From assembly GCF_008831285.2 (NCBI RefSeq), contig NC_045138.2:13764001-13828000 (forward strand): a DNA stretch of 64,000 nt. The letters are read 5' to 3'. The position numbers and the translations under genes are program-made. Below, piece after piece: positions 24,601 through 36,513 of this stretch. This stretch comes from Nymphaea colorata (lineage: Eukaryota). The notes beneath the pieces were generated by a model. That model did not search any database. It had not been told where the DNA came from and saw only the letters and a program-made list of their open reading frames with translations. How positions within the stretch are numbered: the first letter of the stretch is position 1; each line of letters begins with the position of its first letter.

Positions 24601-27600
24601 TTACTTAAAAAAATTATCTTGAACCCTTTAAATACACAATAAGATTGTAATTGAAGGATAACATGTATCCATTTATAAGCAAATGTTCAGACACAACGAT
24701 ATACAAATAAATTTCCTGAGGTTCTATGATCCACTGTCTAAGGAGAAATACGACCCAAACACAGGCCTATAAGTGCTGTCTTTTAATTATTTTATAATGT
24801 TTCAAAAGGATGTAATTTTAAAATCAACAACTTGGAAAAAAGAAACGGAGAGAATTCGAACAGCTAATACAACCAAAATGGGCCCCATTATTTTGGTGCG
24901 AGAATTTTATCATTTTATATAGTATCAAACCGAATATGGTTCCAAACGCCAACCGGGCATCGGCTGGGTTGAGTCTGTACTATTCGCAGTGGAGCAGAGA
25001 CGGTACCTCTCGTCGAAGCTAGTGGTGGCAGCAACATTGACTATGACGTCCACCTCCCTGGAGATCTCCTCCTGGACACACGCGTCCACCATCCCGAGGC
25101 CTTCCATGGCTATGTCTCCCACTACCGGCGACACCTTGCTCCAGAAGAACGACTCAAACCCACTGCCGTGCTTCTCCTTCAACACCCTGAACAGGTCCTT
25201 CTTCAGCACCTACTCAAACCATCGATCAGTTTTATAAGTCCCAAGAATTACATTGAATTCTGCAATATAAAGCCCTACCAAGTGTATAATGTTTATAGAA
25301 ATTTATGTAGACGTGTATATGTCAGTTTTCCGGCACGCCGGCGATTCCCGCGGTTCCAAACTAACTAATAAGACCTTCCGACGCTCGTTAGCCAGGTGGA
25401 TACAGGTCTTATTGACAGACTTGTTCAGTTGGTGAAGAGAATCGAGCCTATACCCAGGGAGTTTTAGTTTTTACGTAGATCTATGTTTCTGGATCGGCCT
25501 GCCGGATCAAAACCATCAACTTTGAAGTGCCTTAGATGCTGCTTAGTGGAGCATCAAGTTCTCGGAGTCGAGCATTAATGAGTAGTGTGTGCATGAGAAG
25601 CAATACTGAGCTTGAAGCATGGCGGGGGGACAGGCTGCCCCCTTCATGGAAGGGGCTGCTACCAACCCCGGGACCAGAAGTCCTCGACTCTCTGCATAAT
25701 TTCTCCCATGCAGTTGTCCCACTCCAGCGCCTCACTCCAAGAAAGAAAGGGAAAGAGAAATCTTGTAGTACTTTTATTGCACGGTCATCTCTATCTTCAG
25801 AGGAAGACCTGCTTTTTTCCAAATGAGTCTGCAGACGACCTAGTCTCCACTTCAACCTGTATATTTACAGCACTAACTTGTACGAAGAGTAGAGGCGGAC
25901 GAAGCCTACTGTGGCTGCTAAAAGAAGAAGAGATAATAGCTAAAGAGCAACACGGCTGCTAAGATAAAGAGGTCGCCGTGCAATCGAGTTATGACTCCTA
26001 CCATGTGTTGCTGTCAGGATTAATTATTTATTTACTTCTTCAATTGCAGACTTAAATTATTAAGCATCTCACTACAAACATTTAAAACGTCATTAATTGA
26101 GCGACAACCGGCGCAGGCTCGAGATCGCTTTGGCTGATACCCTTAAAAAAAATGATGTGAAGGGAGACGATGCTGCACTTTGAAAGCTTCCTCTAGGACT
26201 TCGAGGGTTACTTTTAAAAAAAAGATCTTTTGTTTTCTTTTTTTTGTTTCCCTTCACTATATCGGCAGCATCACTGGTGTCCCTGTCAACTAAGTACCCC
26301 ACCCCACCCCACCCCTATAGGGTGCATCCAGGAATCGAACAAGAAATCAATCTTTAGGTGCTCAAAGACTTAGCACATAAATGTGGGCTATCTGCTTGTA
26401 ACACCTGGTTTGCACCCTTCCTCAGTTGGGCTAACCCTTGATGCTCAGACCCTAAAATAATAATACTAAATCAGTTTTAGCCCAAACCTGACGATGAAGA
26501 GTTTCGGTCTTCAGGGATCAATAGAAACCATGCATCCCTTGAAAGAAATATTCAAGTTCCCCGTCAAAACGTTGCCTCACAAAGCACCCAAGTAGCAGCC
26601 ATATTCGGGTGCTTGGTTTTGTTTCTTGGTGAGTTCCATTCACAAAAAGAGAGAAGACCACACATCTCATCAGTAGGTGAAAGTTTGAGTCCGGGAAGAA
26701 AAAAATAGTGGAGAGGTGGAGACCTCGACCAAACATCCATCTTAAACACGACCCTTGCAGCAAAAGGCTAAGAAAATGAAAAGTTTGAGCGCATCACTAA
26801 CGGGTTAAAAAACTGACTTCTGTCAATAAACGTGATACTAAGAACTGACTTCTGTCAATAAACGTGATACTAAGAACTGACTTCTGTCAATAAACGTGAT
26901 ACTAAGCAGGACGTGTTTTAGAAAAGAAAATGGTTGTCGCCCTTTCCATCTTGAACCCCGCACCATCGGTTCACGGTTAATTTAATCGGCCTAATCTCTT
27001 TAAGTTAATTGCAGTGGATCGCCACATGGACCACAGTACTGTCGAAGCCAAGCAGGTGAGGTACATGGACCATTATGAGCTTACGCTTCCTTCAAGGGGA
27101 GACCTTTTCTGCATCGGTCGGAGAAATTATCAGGACTGAAGTGAAGCAGAAGGGCGTGCCGCCATGAATGGATGGGTAGTAAAGTTATAAATCAGGTCCT
27201 ACTGTAACAGGACCACGGGTTCTTGGCTTCCTGAGTTTAATGCAGGGGACGTGCTTCATGATTGCACCTTCCTCTTCCCTTCGATCTCTCACCACTCTCC
27301 CACCCACTGACAGAACTCCTTCCCCATAGACGGCCCAGCAAACTCTAAGTCTAACACACGGAAATAGCGAGAGAGACAGAGCGAGAGATACCTCGTCATG
27401 GATTCTGAGAGTGGCAGACTTGAGATCAGCAGCACGCACAATGAGAAACAAGCGCTTCACCTGAGGCTGAACCCTCAGAACCTTTTCCACGAATACTGCA
27501 CACAAGCACGTAGACACCACCACCATTAACAAAACCAAATTTAAATACCAAAAACGAGAGAGAGGGAGTCAGAGAGCCATCATCCATACTCTTAGCAAGG

Positions 27601-27674
27601 AAGCCAGTGGAGCCAGTGAGCAAGATGCTCTTGTTTTTGAGAGACTCAGCAATCCCTCCATCCAAAGACGCCAT
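21670..27674 (-). CDS. FAR: Alcohol-forming fatty acyl-CoA reductase, FAR3/CER4-like ('FAR-A'), 10 exons, 491 aa
   Basis: Exons 27674-27590, 27495-27392, 25209-25007, 24505-24405, 23613-23421, 23293-23132, 22947-22866, 22693-22424, 22057-21930, 21817-21670. All introns are GT-AG, phases are consistent, total 1476 nt. Motifs: [31 protein letters not shown] (YxxxK), [29 protein letters not shown]. No transit-peptide extension. Confidence 0.95.
26225..26445 (-). mobile_element. Possible degenerate tRNA-derived SINE in FAR-A intron 2
   Basis: On the minus strand: A-box-like TAGCCCAACTGAG (~26433-26421), B-box GTTCGATTCC (26340-26331) and an A-rich tail (~26250-26225). The A-B spacing is long and no clear TSD was found. 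Confidence 0.3.
26811..26906. repeat. Perfect 32-bp x3 tandem repeat in FAR-A intron 2
   Basis: AACTGACTTCTGTCAATAAACGTGATACTAAG at 26811, 26843 and 26875. Confidence 0.97.
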
Positions 27675-27933
27675 TGGGATGGAGTAATTAGCAACTCCCC
27701 GGGTGGCAGACGGTAATGAAGGAGAAGATGAAGAGAGCAGCACGCTTCTCTGACGGTTGCTGGGAAGAGCTTGGGGAGGTACGGTCTCTCTTTGGTTTGT
27801 TTCAAGCGGCTCCTTCAATCCGATGCCACAAATGAACAAACAGACAGAACAAGTCGCCCCCTTCCCCCCTCCTCTTCTTCGAGACTAGCTTGATGTGTGC
27901 CCGCTGCTAATGCCCCAGCCCTTCCCTCAGTAC

Positions 27934-27939
27934 TTTATA
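27934..27939 (-). promoter_or_regulatory. Putative TATA box of FAR-A
   Basis: CTATAAAG on the minus strand about 260 bp upstream of the ATG. Confidence 0.4.
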
Positions 27940-28794
27940 GACATACATGTGCGTCTTCCCGGTGCTAGCTAGCCGCCCCTCTGGTTCTCTGCTTGCGTAG
28001 CATAAATGCCACTATCAAGCAGTGTTGAGCACGAAAAGCACCGCAGTACTATAATATTTCCAATATCAGGTTTAGAGAGAGAACAAAACATATATATAGA
28101 ATATATATAAAAAGCAAACCCAAACGACTTCGGTCACAAAGGGAGTCGATGAAAAAAAGGAGATTTGTTGTCGCCTTAACCATGCTTTAGTGAGCATTGT
28201 ACTTAATAATTACTTTTTCTGGTCACCTTCAATGTAATTCTCTACATTGGGTAAATGTAAGAAGTAAAAATATTACCTATACAATAATAAAAAGTAATTT
28301 TTAAATGCATATAAAACTTGCCAAAAGAAAAGACATTTTCTGAAAATGTGGATTAATTTCATGAATGCATGCGCCCCCAACCTATGTAAGAATACGCAAT
28401 ATGTTGGCAACGGTACGGTGGGTAGATTGCCTACTTTTGGTTCTGTATTCCAATCTTTATCTGTGAAACTGAAATTGAAATTTGGATGGTCACCAACACG
28501 ATCTACCTAAGAAATCGGGATAAGATACCACCACCCAGGGCAGCTAAAACAATGGAGATTTGAAGTCCACGGACGCTGTCGACAAAGGAAAAGATGTGCT
28601 TGTTAGTTCTGAGTGGAGCCTTGCTATATACTTTATTTTAATGGCAAGCGGCGGAATGGACATATGGGGGTGGTGACCAACACGGTCATGGACGGTTGGG
28701 CGTTTGGTTAGAGAAGTCATTGGAAAATATTTGGAGACAAGAAAGTCCAAAAGATTGTTGGAACCACTGAACGATGAGTGCCTTTTCGACGACA

Positions 28795-29180
28795 GACGGC
28801 AGGTATTCAACGAGTCGCCTCAACTTGCTCGATAAACTTGACTCGAACTGGACTCATTTATTGAACGAGTTGAGTTTGAGTTAAGAAATAAACTCGACAA
28901 CATAAATGAATCGAGCTCGAGTTAACTGGGTTTAGCTCACTTAAAGTTGATTAAGCTTGAGAAAGAAATATATAAAATACATCTCATAAAATAATCAAAA
29001 AAAAGAAGTAGATTGCTCAAATGGGTTCAATTTGTGGGAAGTTCTATATTTAAATCCATATGCTACTTTTTCTTTTGAAAAAACAAAAATAAATTTTTAA
29101 TGAAATGTTTGGCGCCAATCTTCTTCTACTTGAGCTTAATCAAGTCGACTTTGAGTTTTAAAAACTCGAGCCGAGTAAAT
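28795..29180. mobile_element. Degenerate non-autonomous DNA element with (CTCGA/TCGAG)-rich subrepeats
   Basis: Dense AACGAGT/CTCGA/TCGAGC motifs around an AT-rich core, the look of common plant hAT-derived MITEs. Similar debris at about 57070-57170. Ends not defined. Confidence 0.4.
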
Positions 29181-31904
29181 TTATTTTTCAAATTATTTTT
29201 AATTTTTTTAGCAGAAAAAAAAAAGTAATCCGATATACCGACACGAATACCTATCTGTTTTCCTCTTATTTTCGAAGCAAAGGGACATTTTAGTGCCTTT
29301 AAACATATTGTTTGCAGTAGCCAGCTTCATTTATACAGAGACATGTGCATGTGGAGGGCACATGCACACAAAGACAAGGCAAGTTGGTGGCGGCGCGCTC
29401 ATAGTCATATAAATATATATATATATATATATATATGTATATGGTTTCCCTGCTGTGCCGCTTAATATAATCTCGATCCAAGCCCTAATGGGAGGTAGAA
29501 GTATTCTCATCTCTCACCCACCCACAACTCATAATCGGCCTTAGATTTTGACAGGTGGTCTTAGTTTCGGGATGTTCACGATGCCCAAAACACTTTCTTC
29601 TCCATCCATTTACTTTTTCTCTGACGAGTGAGTAGCACTAGTGGACCTGAACCGGATATCGAAAATCACCGAAACGATTGAAGCTGGCTTGCAGACGAGA
29701 TGAAGTTTGAGGTTAACCAGATCTTTAACCAAAATAAGTTCGACCCAGTTCAGACTCGGATCCCGCCTCCAATGTGTCCCTAAGAGGCCTTTCATTGCGT
29801 CGGGTCAACAAGGATCTCCTAAACCCTTTTGTTTAGTGCATCGTTCTATATGAATTCGGAAGATATTTCAAATCCTTAGTTTATGGTTCTCCAACATATA
29901 GTTTAGAAGAAAGTCCTCAACTAGTTCAGTTCAATGATAAAAATATAGAAAACTTGAAGGATGTGCTATACATAATATGATATTCAAAACACAAGGTGGA
30001 AGGCAGGTACTGTCAAAAAGGGGGGGAGAGCGGATTATTTTAAATTCTAATGAAAACCACATAAATGTGCGAGTAGGTCCCACCACCAAAACCAATTACG
30101 GATGCACGGTGCAGAAAGGAAGCTGCCAAATTTGTTATATATATCAACCCTGAATCAAGCCATTTAAAAAACTCTTATTAGGGATCGTGCGATGCGGGCC
30201 ACAGCTTTTCATGGCATCCTTTTAGGCAGGGGTGAAGTCACACATGCACCTAAGTGGGCAGTTGCCCACACAGACACAGCTGCACAAATTTTTTTTTATT
30301 TTTATTTCTATGTTGGTTGTCTTTTACCACTTGCTCGCTCATATATCAACACTCCTCAGTTTGCTTAGTGTCCTTTAATGATTTTTATTACGTATTTGAG
30401 GGCCGTATTTTTTTCTTCTTTTTTTGAATTAGTTGGAAACGAAGTTAAGATTCGTATGCTATGCCTTTTACCACACGACATGCACGTTATTGAGTGACAA
30501 AACTTTTGGACTATTTTCATTTGGACCACCTACCTTTTTATCTATAATTAAAAGAAAACAGCTACGAGTTAAACGATGATGGCATGATAGACTTGATCCA
30601 GTAAGGCTTTGGATATCATTAAATTCGATCCTTCAGGTGAACAATAAGTGCCAGGTCCAGATCGGCGATCGATTCTGCAAGATCAGCCCGGACGCCAATC
30701 AGGTGCTTCCATTTCAGCGTTGCGGTGCTGGCCAATTAAAACAGGGCAGTGCCAGTACCCTCAAGAATTCATTTCAATAAATATATTTATCTTCCTACAT
30801 TCATTGCCTCCTGACAAAAAAGCGGATCTGGACCTTCACGACCCCGTATCAACTAAAAAGCTTTGGATCCAGACCCAATTCCACCGGTTAAAGTGGGAAC
30901 CAGCAGCAGCAGCAGCAGCGCAGTACCCTGAGTTCATGCCCACAAATAAATGTCATTCAACGCCACAGCATTCAAGTGCCTTCCAAGTATTTCTGTAGAT
31001 TTGTTTGATTGATTACAGGAACTGATCAACCGAGTGTTGAGGGTGGCATATTTAAATCTGCCTCCTTCTCCATCGGCTTCGTTTTTATGAACTACGCAAT
31101 GCTCATAAGTTGAATATTAGAATACGGCTTGAACTCATGGGATTAATGCCTAATTCGATCGATTTAAGTCATAATAAACATTTTAGAAAGTGGTAGCGTT
31201 CATACTTCCCGGTTTCAGGCCAACCGCAAAGATTTTAAAATTAAGAATCCAGCTCAAAAATTCCGCGGGTATGACCATCGATCTCTAAAGCGCTGCGCTT
31301 TTAAGAGAAAATCACGTCTTTGTTCAAACGGGTCCAGAGTGAGGCCAAAAATCAGTCAGCAGGCGTTTCATTTGTCTGGAAATTTGATTCTCCACTTGAA
31401 AATGAAATTCAAATGAAAACTTCAATTCCAGACCTCCGTGTCGCGGTCGTGCTGCGCCCAAAGTCCTGGAAAATCCAAGATTCGTCTGAAAAGCAAAAGG
31501 AACAAGAGTTTTGAACATCCAAAATTTTATTTTTCTCTTCCACAAATCAAGAAATCTACACCGTAAAGTCACAAACGAAACGACCAGAAAAAAAAAGCCC
31601 AAAACGTTTTAAAAATATATCGAAAGATAAATCGTTCAGAAAAACGATAAAAGACATTGGATGCCTAGCAATTAAGGTCACTTAAACAATGGAGCCAAAG
31701 TTGTCGATATCTTGATTAGAGTAGGCTAACACCATCAAGATTTTGGTCACTTTTGTGAGACCAATCTAGATGAAAGCACTGTTTTTCAAATTTTCTTTTG
31801 TTTTAACAAATAAAAGACAATAAAAATAATTATAATTTTTAAAACAAAAAAAAAAAAGGAAAAAAATAACAAGCATGGACCCCAATAAAAATAAAAACGT
31901 ATCC

Positions 31905-32340
31905 CTTTTTACGTTTGTTGTGGTTTAAAGCATAAGTTTCTGGCCGAGACTGGCTTGGTAGCGATGAATTCAAACACTCGTCGGAAGCTCGACCTTGGAG
32001 TGGCAAGACATGACCAAGAGATTGGATGAACTTCAAAGAGGCCGACAGGTCTGCCATGATGTAACTTGGCTTTCAAAGGTGCATACAACAATCCCAGATG
32101 CTTGTTGATCTGGAGCTTAATGGCCCTGATAGCTTATGAATTAATTCTAATGTACATTCTTCTAGAGAGCAAAGTTGTTTGGCTGGCCTAACACTTACTT
32201 CTTCACAAAGGCCACGGCACACCATGGAAGAAATGTTGATTGGAGCAAAAAAAAAAACAAAGGGATATACCGGCGGTGAACCTATTATGGCCCTTTCCCT
32301 GGTTGGATGGCAGACACAAGGTATGTTGCACACTGATAGA
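31905..32340 (+). pseudogene. FAR-A-like relic (exon 5, intron 5, exon 6), inverted relative to FAR-A
   Basis: TTTGTTGTGGTTTAAAGCATAAG matches the FAR-A exon 5 acceptor region. CATGACCAAGAGATTGGATGAACTTC..AAAGAGGCCGACAGGTCTGCCATG..TTCAAAG|GTGCATAC matches the exon 5 end. AGCAAAGTTGTTTGGCTGGCCTAACACTTAC ([10 protein letters not shown]) and CCCTTTCCCTGGTTGGATGG..ACAAG|GTATGT match exon 6. Contains stops, deletions and frameshifts. Confidence 0.88.
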
Positions 32341-33908
32341 ACATCCACAAGTTCCAAATAGATGATGTCCAACTATGTCATTTTCAAATAATAGCAAAGG
32401 GGGTTCCTGTGATTGACATCAATTTTGCTCAATGTATAATAAGGTAGGGAACCCTCTTTCGGGCCAGAAGAGTTGCATCGAGAGAGAGAGAGAGAGAGGG
32501 TGAGAGAAGAAGAGACCGTTTGGCTTTCCTTCTCTTCATTTGGTATTCCTTTTTCTTTTATATAATTAACAGTCGGAAGACAATTTTATATATCTCGTTA
32601 AACTTCCGTTACGATCTAGGAGGATGGAGGGGAGACCTGTCTCCATCAGCCAATTCAATGTATGGTGAATATAACTTTTCCCCTTTAGGAAGCAGCAGCA
32701 TTTGCTGCTTAAACACACTTGTCTGGAGCCAAACCTTTTGCGGGAAAGGATACGTCGCTCAAGAACCTCCAACTTTGCCAAGGGATTCCATAGTTTTTAG
32801 TAAGTTTCAACTTTGTTGGCTCACCTTGCTTTGATTTGTCCCGAAAATATATAGATGACACAAACATCACGCACGTCGCTCCTTCAATTATTGCTAGACA
32901 ATGTTTTTCCGCTGCTACTGGACAGTATTGACTCGTAGGGGCAGAAATATATATGACCATTTTTAGAATATGGGCTGATATGTCGCCCCGATACGGCCCC
33001 AGTATCGGTTGAGATACTGATAGATATTTTCCATCGTCGTTTCTTTTTTTTTTTTTTTTTATAATGATAAAAGGGGACGACAAAGAAATTTATGGATTCT
33101 GATACGTTTCAGACTCTAATACATACGATATTTCTCTTGGGTGTGATACGGAACTGAGGCTCGTTTGTGTTCATGATTACTGAATGTCTGCGTGGCTCTA
33201 GCACTGCGTAGGTATATAAGAGAAAATTAGATATTGCCTTCCAAAATCCTAACAACAATTTTTTAGTGTGTACATCATTCTCATCCCCTTTCCACTCTCC
33301 CGACCTTCCAAATCTGAAAAACTTTCAAGATCATGTCAAGATGTCCATATGTATGCTACAATCATATAATTTATAGCTTCTTCTGCAAAAAAGAAAAAGA
33401 AATTTGTAAATTATAACATGTACAAGGTTGGATTTTAAAGTTTATGAAAGAAAATAACATTGCTTTAAGTGAATGTGGGTGCTCCTAGACAAGCCTAGCT
33501 TAATTAATCCCTCTCTCTCCCTCCCCACTCCTATCATTTCTAAAAGCAACTATTTTTGTTTTTGTTTTGAACGCCAAGCAAATACAAGTACAATCTTCTC
33601 GGTGAACTGTTCCGAGGGAAACTAGCACAAAATCAGGATAATCTGGTATAGTGAATAGAATCTGAATATTTTCTAATATTGAAGATATTTTTGTCAGTAA
33701 CCATTTTAGATATTCGCCAATGGTACGGGACATCTTCTTTGTGATAAATGCCTGCACTTTTTGAGCTTCTCTTCCTTGTAACTAGTGGATGTTATGTATA
33801 CTTGCCCCGGCAGTTTCTAGTTGGATTGTCAGTTGCAGTTTCTTTGCCCATATGTGGACAATGCATGTGGATCCTCCCAGTCTTACGAACGAAACTAGCT
33901 AACAATAC

Positions 33909-33962
<54 letters not shown>

Positions 33963-34436
33963 CCTCATTCTCCTCCTGTTGGGCTGAGATGGGCTTGGCT
34001 GATGTGAGTTGTCTAATAGGACGACCCACATTCATGTATTTAAAGAAACAAGGAAAGGTTTTGGGCCTTTCTTCTTAGGAAGAGGGAGGCCCCTTTAGCG
34101 GTGACTTTTTACTCTCTCATTTAAAATAATGACGATCGGAGCATTAGGAAGTAGCAACGGTTCATGGTGTAGCAATAATTAATGGTATTTTTAGTAACGG
34201 TTGTTTTACAGGATGAAGTGGAATCTAGCAGGATGACAATGGAGGGGTGCTCACAGGGAAAGGTGCCGACGTGTGGCCAACTGCAATGGACCGTTTTAAC
34301 ATGCATGGACCCCATCAAATGCGTTTCCCAAAGTAGTAGTGTGCGTCGTTTGCTGCATGCACATTGATGTGGACATGGGACACTTTTTCCTTGAAACGCC
34401 TGGAAAAGTGGTGAAGATTGAAGAAGCGTCTGCATC

Positions 34437-34444
34437 TATAAATA
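34437..34444 (+). promoter_or_regulatory. TATA box of FAR-B
   Basis: CTATAAATAGAGA, conserved at the same position upstream of FAR-C and FAR-D. Confidence 0.75.
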
Positions 34445-34580
34445 GAGAGCGACCTTCGATCAAGAAGCTGCACCAGCGCAGTATAGTGAACTGCCTTTCT
34501 TTTCTTTTCTGTTATAGATTGCAAACACAGAGTGAGAGAGGGAGGAAGCTCCATTCCTCCCCATTCAATTTCAGAGACCA

Positions 34581-36456
34581 ATGGCGACTCTGAACAACAT
34601 TGCTCAAAATTTACAGAACAAGAGTATCTTCATCACGGGCTGCACTGGGTTTCTTGCAAAGAGTAATCAAACAACCTTTTTCTGTCTTTCCTTTCCCTTA
34701 TATGTGTATATTCATGAGTAGTTCATGACATGCTGGGTGCAGTATTTGTGGAGAAGATACTGAGAGTTCTACCGCAAGTGAAACGTTTGTACCTTCTGAT
34801 CCGTGCCCCTGATGCCAAATCTGCCAAACATCGCCTGGACACCCAGGTACGATGCTTAGGACGTGAATATATATATATATATGCCACGTTCGCAACATAA
34901 GCCATATTCAAGTTAGTGACCCACGTGCATGCAAACTCATGAACTACGGGATTTAAGCAAATACTCATAAAATTTACTTTCACTTTTGTAGGTGATAAGC
35001 AAGGAGTTGTTCAGAGTCTTGAGAACTAAACATGGAGACGAATTCAATTCCTTCATTTCCGAAAAGCTTTGCCCTGTCGCCGGTGATATGGCAGTGGAGG
35101 ACTTGGGGATCCAAGAAACTCATCTCAAAGTGGTGATCATGAGGGAAGTCGATATTATCGTAAATGTTGCTGCAACTACCACCTTTGATGAAAGGTGCGT
35201 GCATGCGTAGATGTTTGATAAAATGTTGGCCAATCTTCTTTCCTAGTCATTTGTTGAAAGTTCAGTTCTTTTACGATCTCATGTCCATTTTACTAAGAGG
35301 TGTTCTCAATTTGGGTAACAATGTATGTTTTTTCTTACTTGGCATAGCAAAGTGTGCACTTGTGTACAATATCAAAATCTATGGAATCTATGAGGTTTAA
35401 CATTTAGGATTGATCAGACGGTCAAGTGATCTATTAATCAGATCTTGCTCGGGTGCACAGGTACGACATAGCGTTGAACATCAATGCCTTGGGAGCTGAT
35501 CGACTGATGGCCTTTGCTCAACGATGCCACAGACTGCAGATGTTCCTCCATGTCTCCACAGGTTCCATTGTTTCCCCTACTCTGTAAATTCAGCCTGCCC
35601 AACAAACGGTTCATCTGCCAAGCTAAGACAAAAGAGTTCTACTTAAAAATTTGTCTTTGAGAAGGATAAAAGTCCATAATCTACCACTAACTTCTACGCC
35701 TGTTCATCTTCCAATCATAACTCATTAGTGAGTGCTGTTTGCCCTCGGGAAAACATAAATAGCTAGTTGAGTTTTTAAACTACTGCAAATGTCTCCATAA
35801 ATGGCCAACATGTTTGACTTGCCTTAATTTCAGCCTATGTTTGTGGATCCAACTCCGGCTTGATTATGGAGAAACCAATCCGAATAGAGGAAACACCAAA
35901 CGGAGAGTCTAATCTTGACATAGAAAAGGAGCTGCAGCTGGTGGAGAAGAAACTAGAGGAGCTCCAAGCTAGAGGAGTTGAGAAGGCGGAAGAAACAGCA
36001 GCTATGAAAGAGTTAGGCCTCAATAGGTCGCCAAATGCATTAGCTATTTAGCTTGCGTCTTTTAATGTCAAAATTATCTAATGCTGATGCTGATCCTTAG
36101 AGAACGTGGCTGTGAACTGATGCCCTCTAATTGGCTTCATTCAGGGCAAGGTCTTTTGGTTGGCCTAATTCATATGCATTTACGAAGGCCATGGGAGAAA
36201 TGCTGATCGGTGAGTCCAGAAGAGATCTGCCGCTGGTGATCATCCGTCCAACCATAATCGAAGCCACTTTGGCAGATCCTTTCCCTGGCTGGATTGAAGG
36301 TTTCAGGTAAGTTTCATTATCTGGGTTCCAGGAAAATTTTCAATTGGTAACAAATTGGTGACGCGAGTATTTGGCAGGCCCAACTCGTAAGCAACTGTCT
36401 TAGTCAAAGAAAAATAACCAAAATGCACACCAACACACACACACGCACGCGCACGT

Positions 36457-36513
<57 letters not shown>

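Noticed and set aside
25380..25960. GC-balanced intronic segment with short ORFs, possibly a LINE remnant
   Set aside because: Only a vague resemblance to LINE C-terminal sequence; no RT or zinc-finger motif could be read with confidence.
26811..26906. 32-bp repeats as a CRISPR-like array
   Set aside because: The repeats are directly adjacent with no spacers and sit in a plant intron, so this is a simple tandem repeat.
27675..27839. Upstream in-frame extension of FAR-A as a plastid transit peptide (MS2/FAR6 type)
   Set aside because: The open frame starts at a non-ATG codon. The first ATG (27674) aligns with the starts of B/C/D, so the extension is probably 5' UTR.
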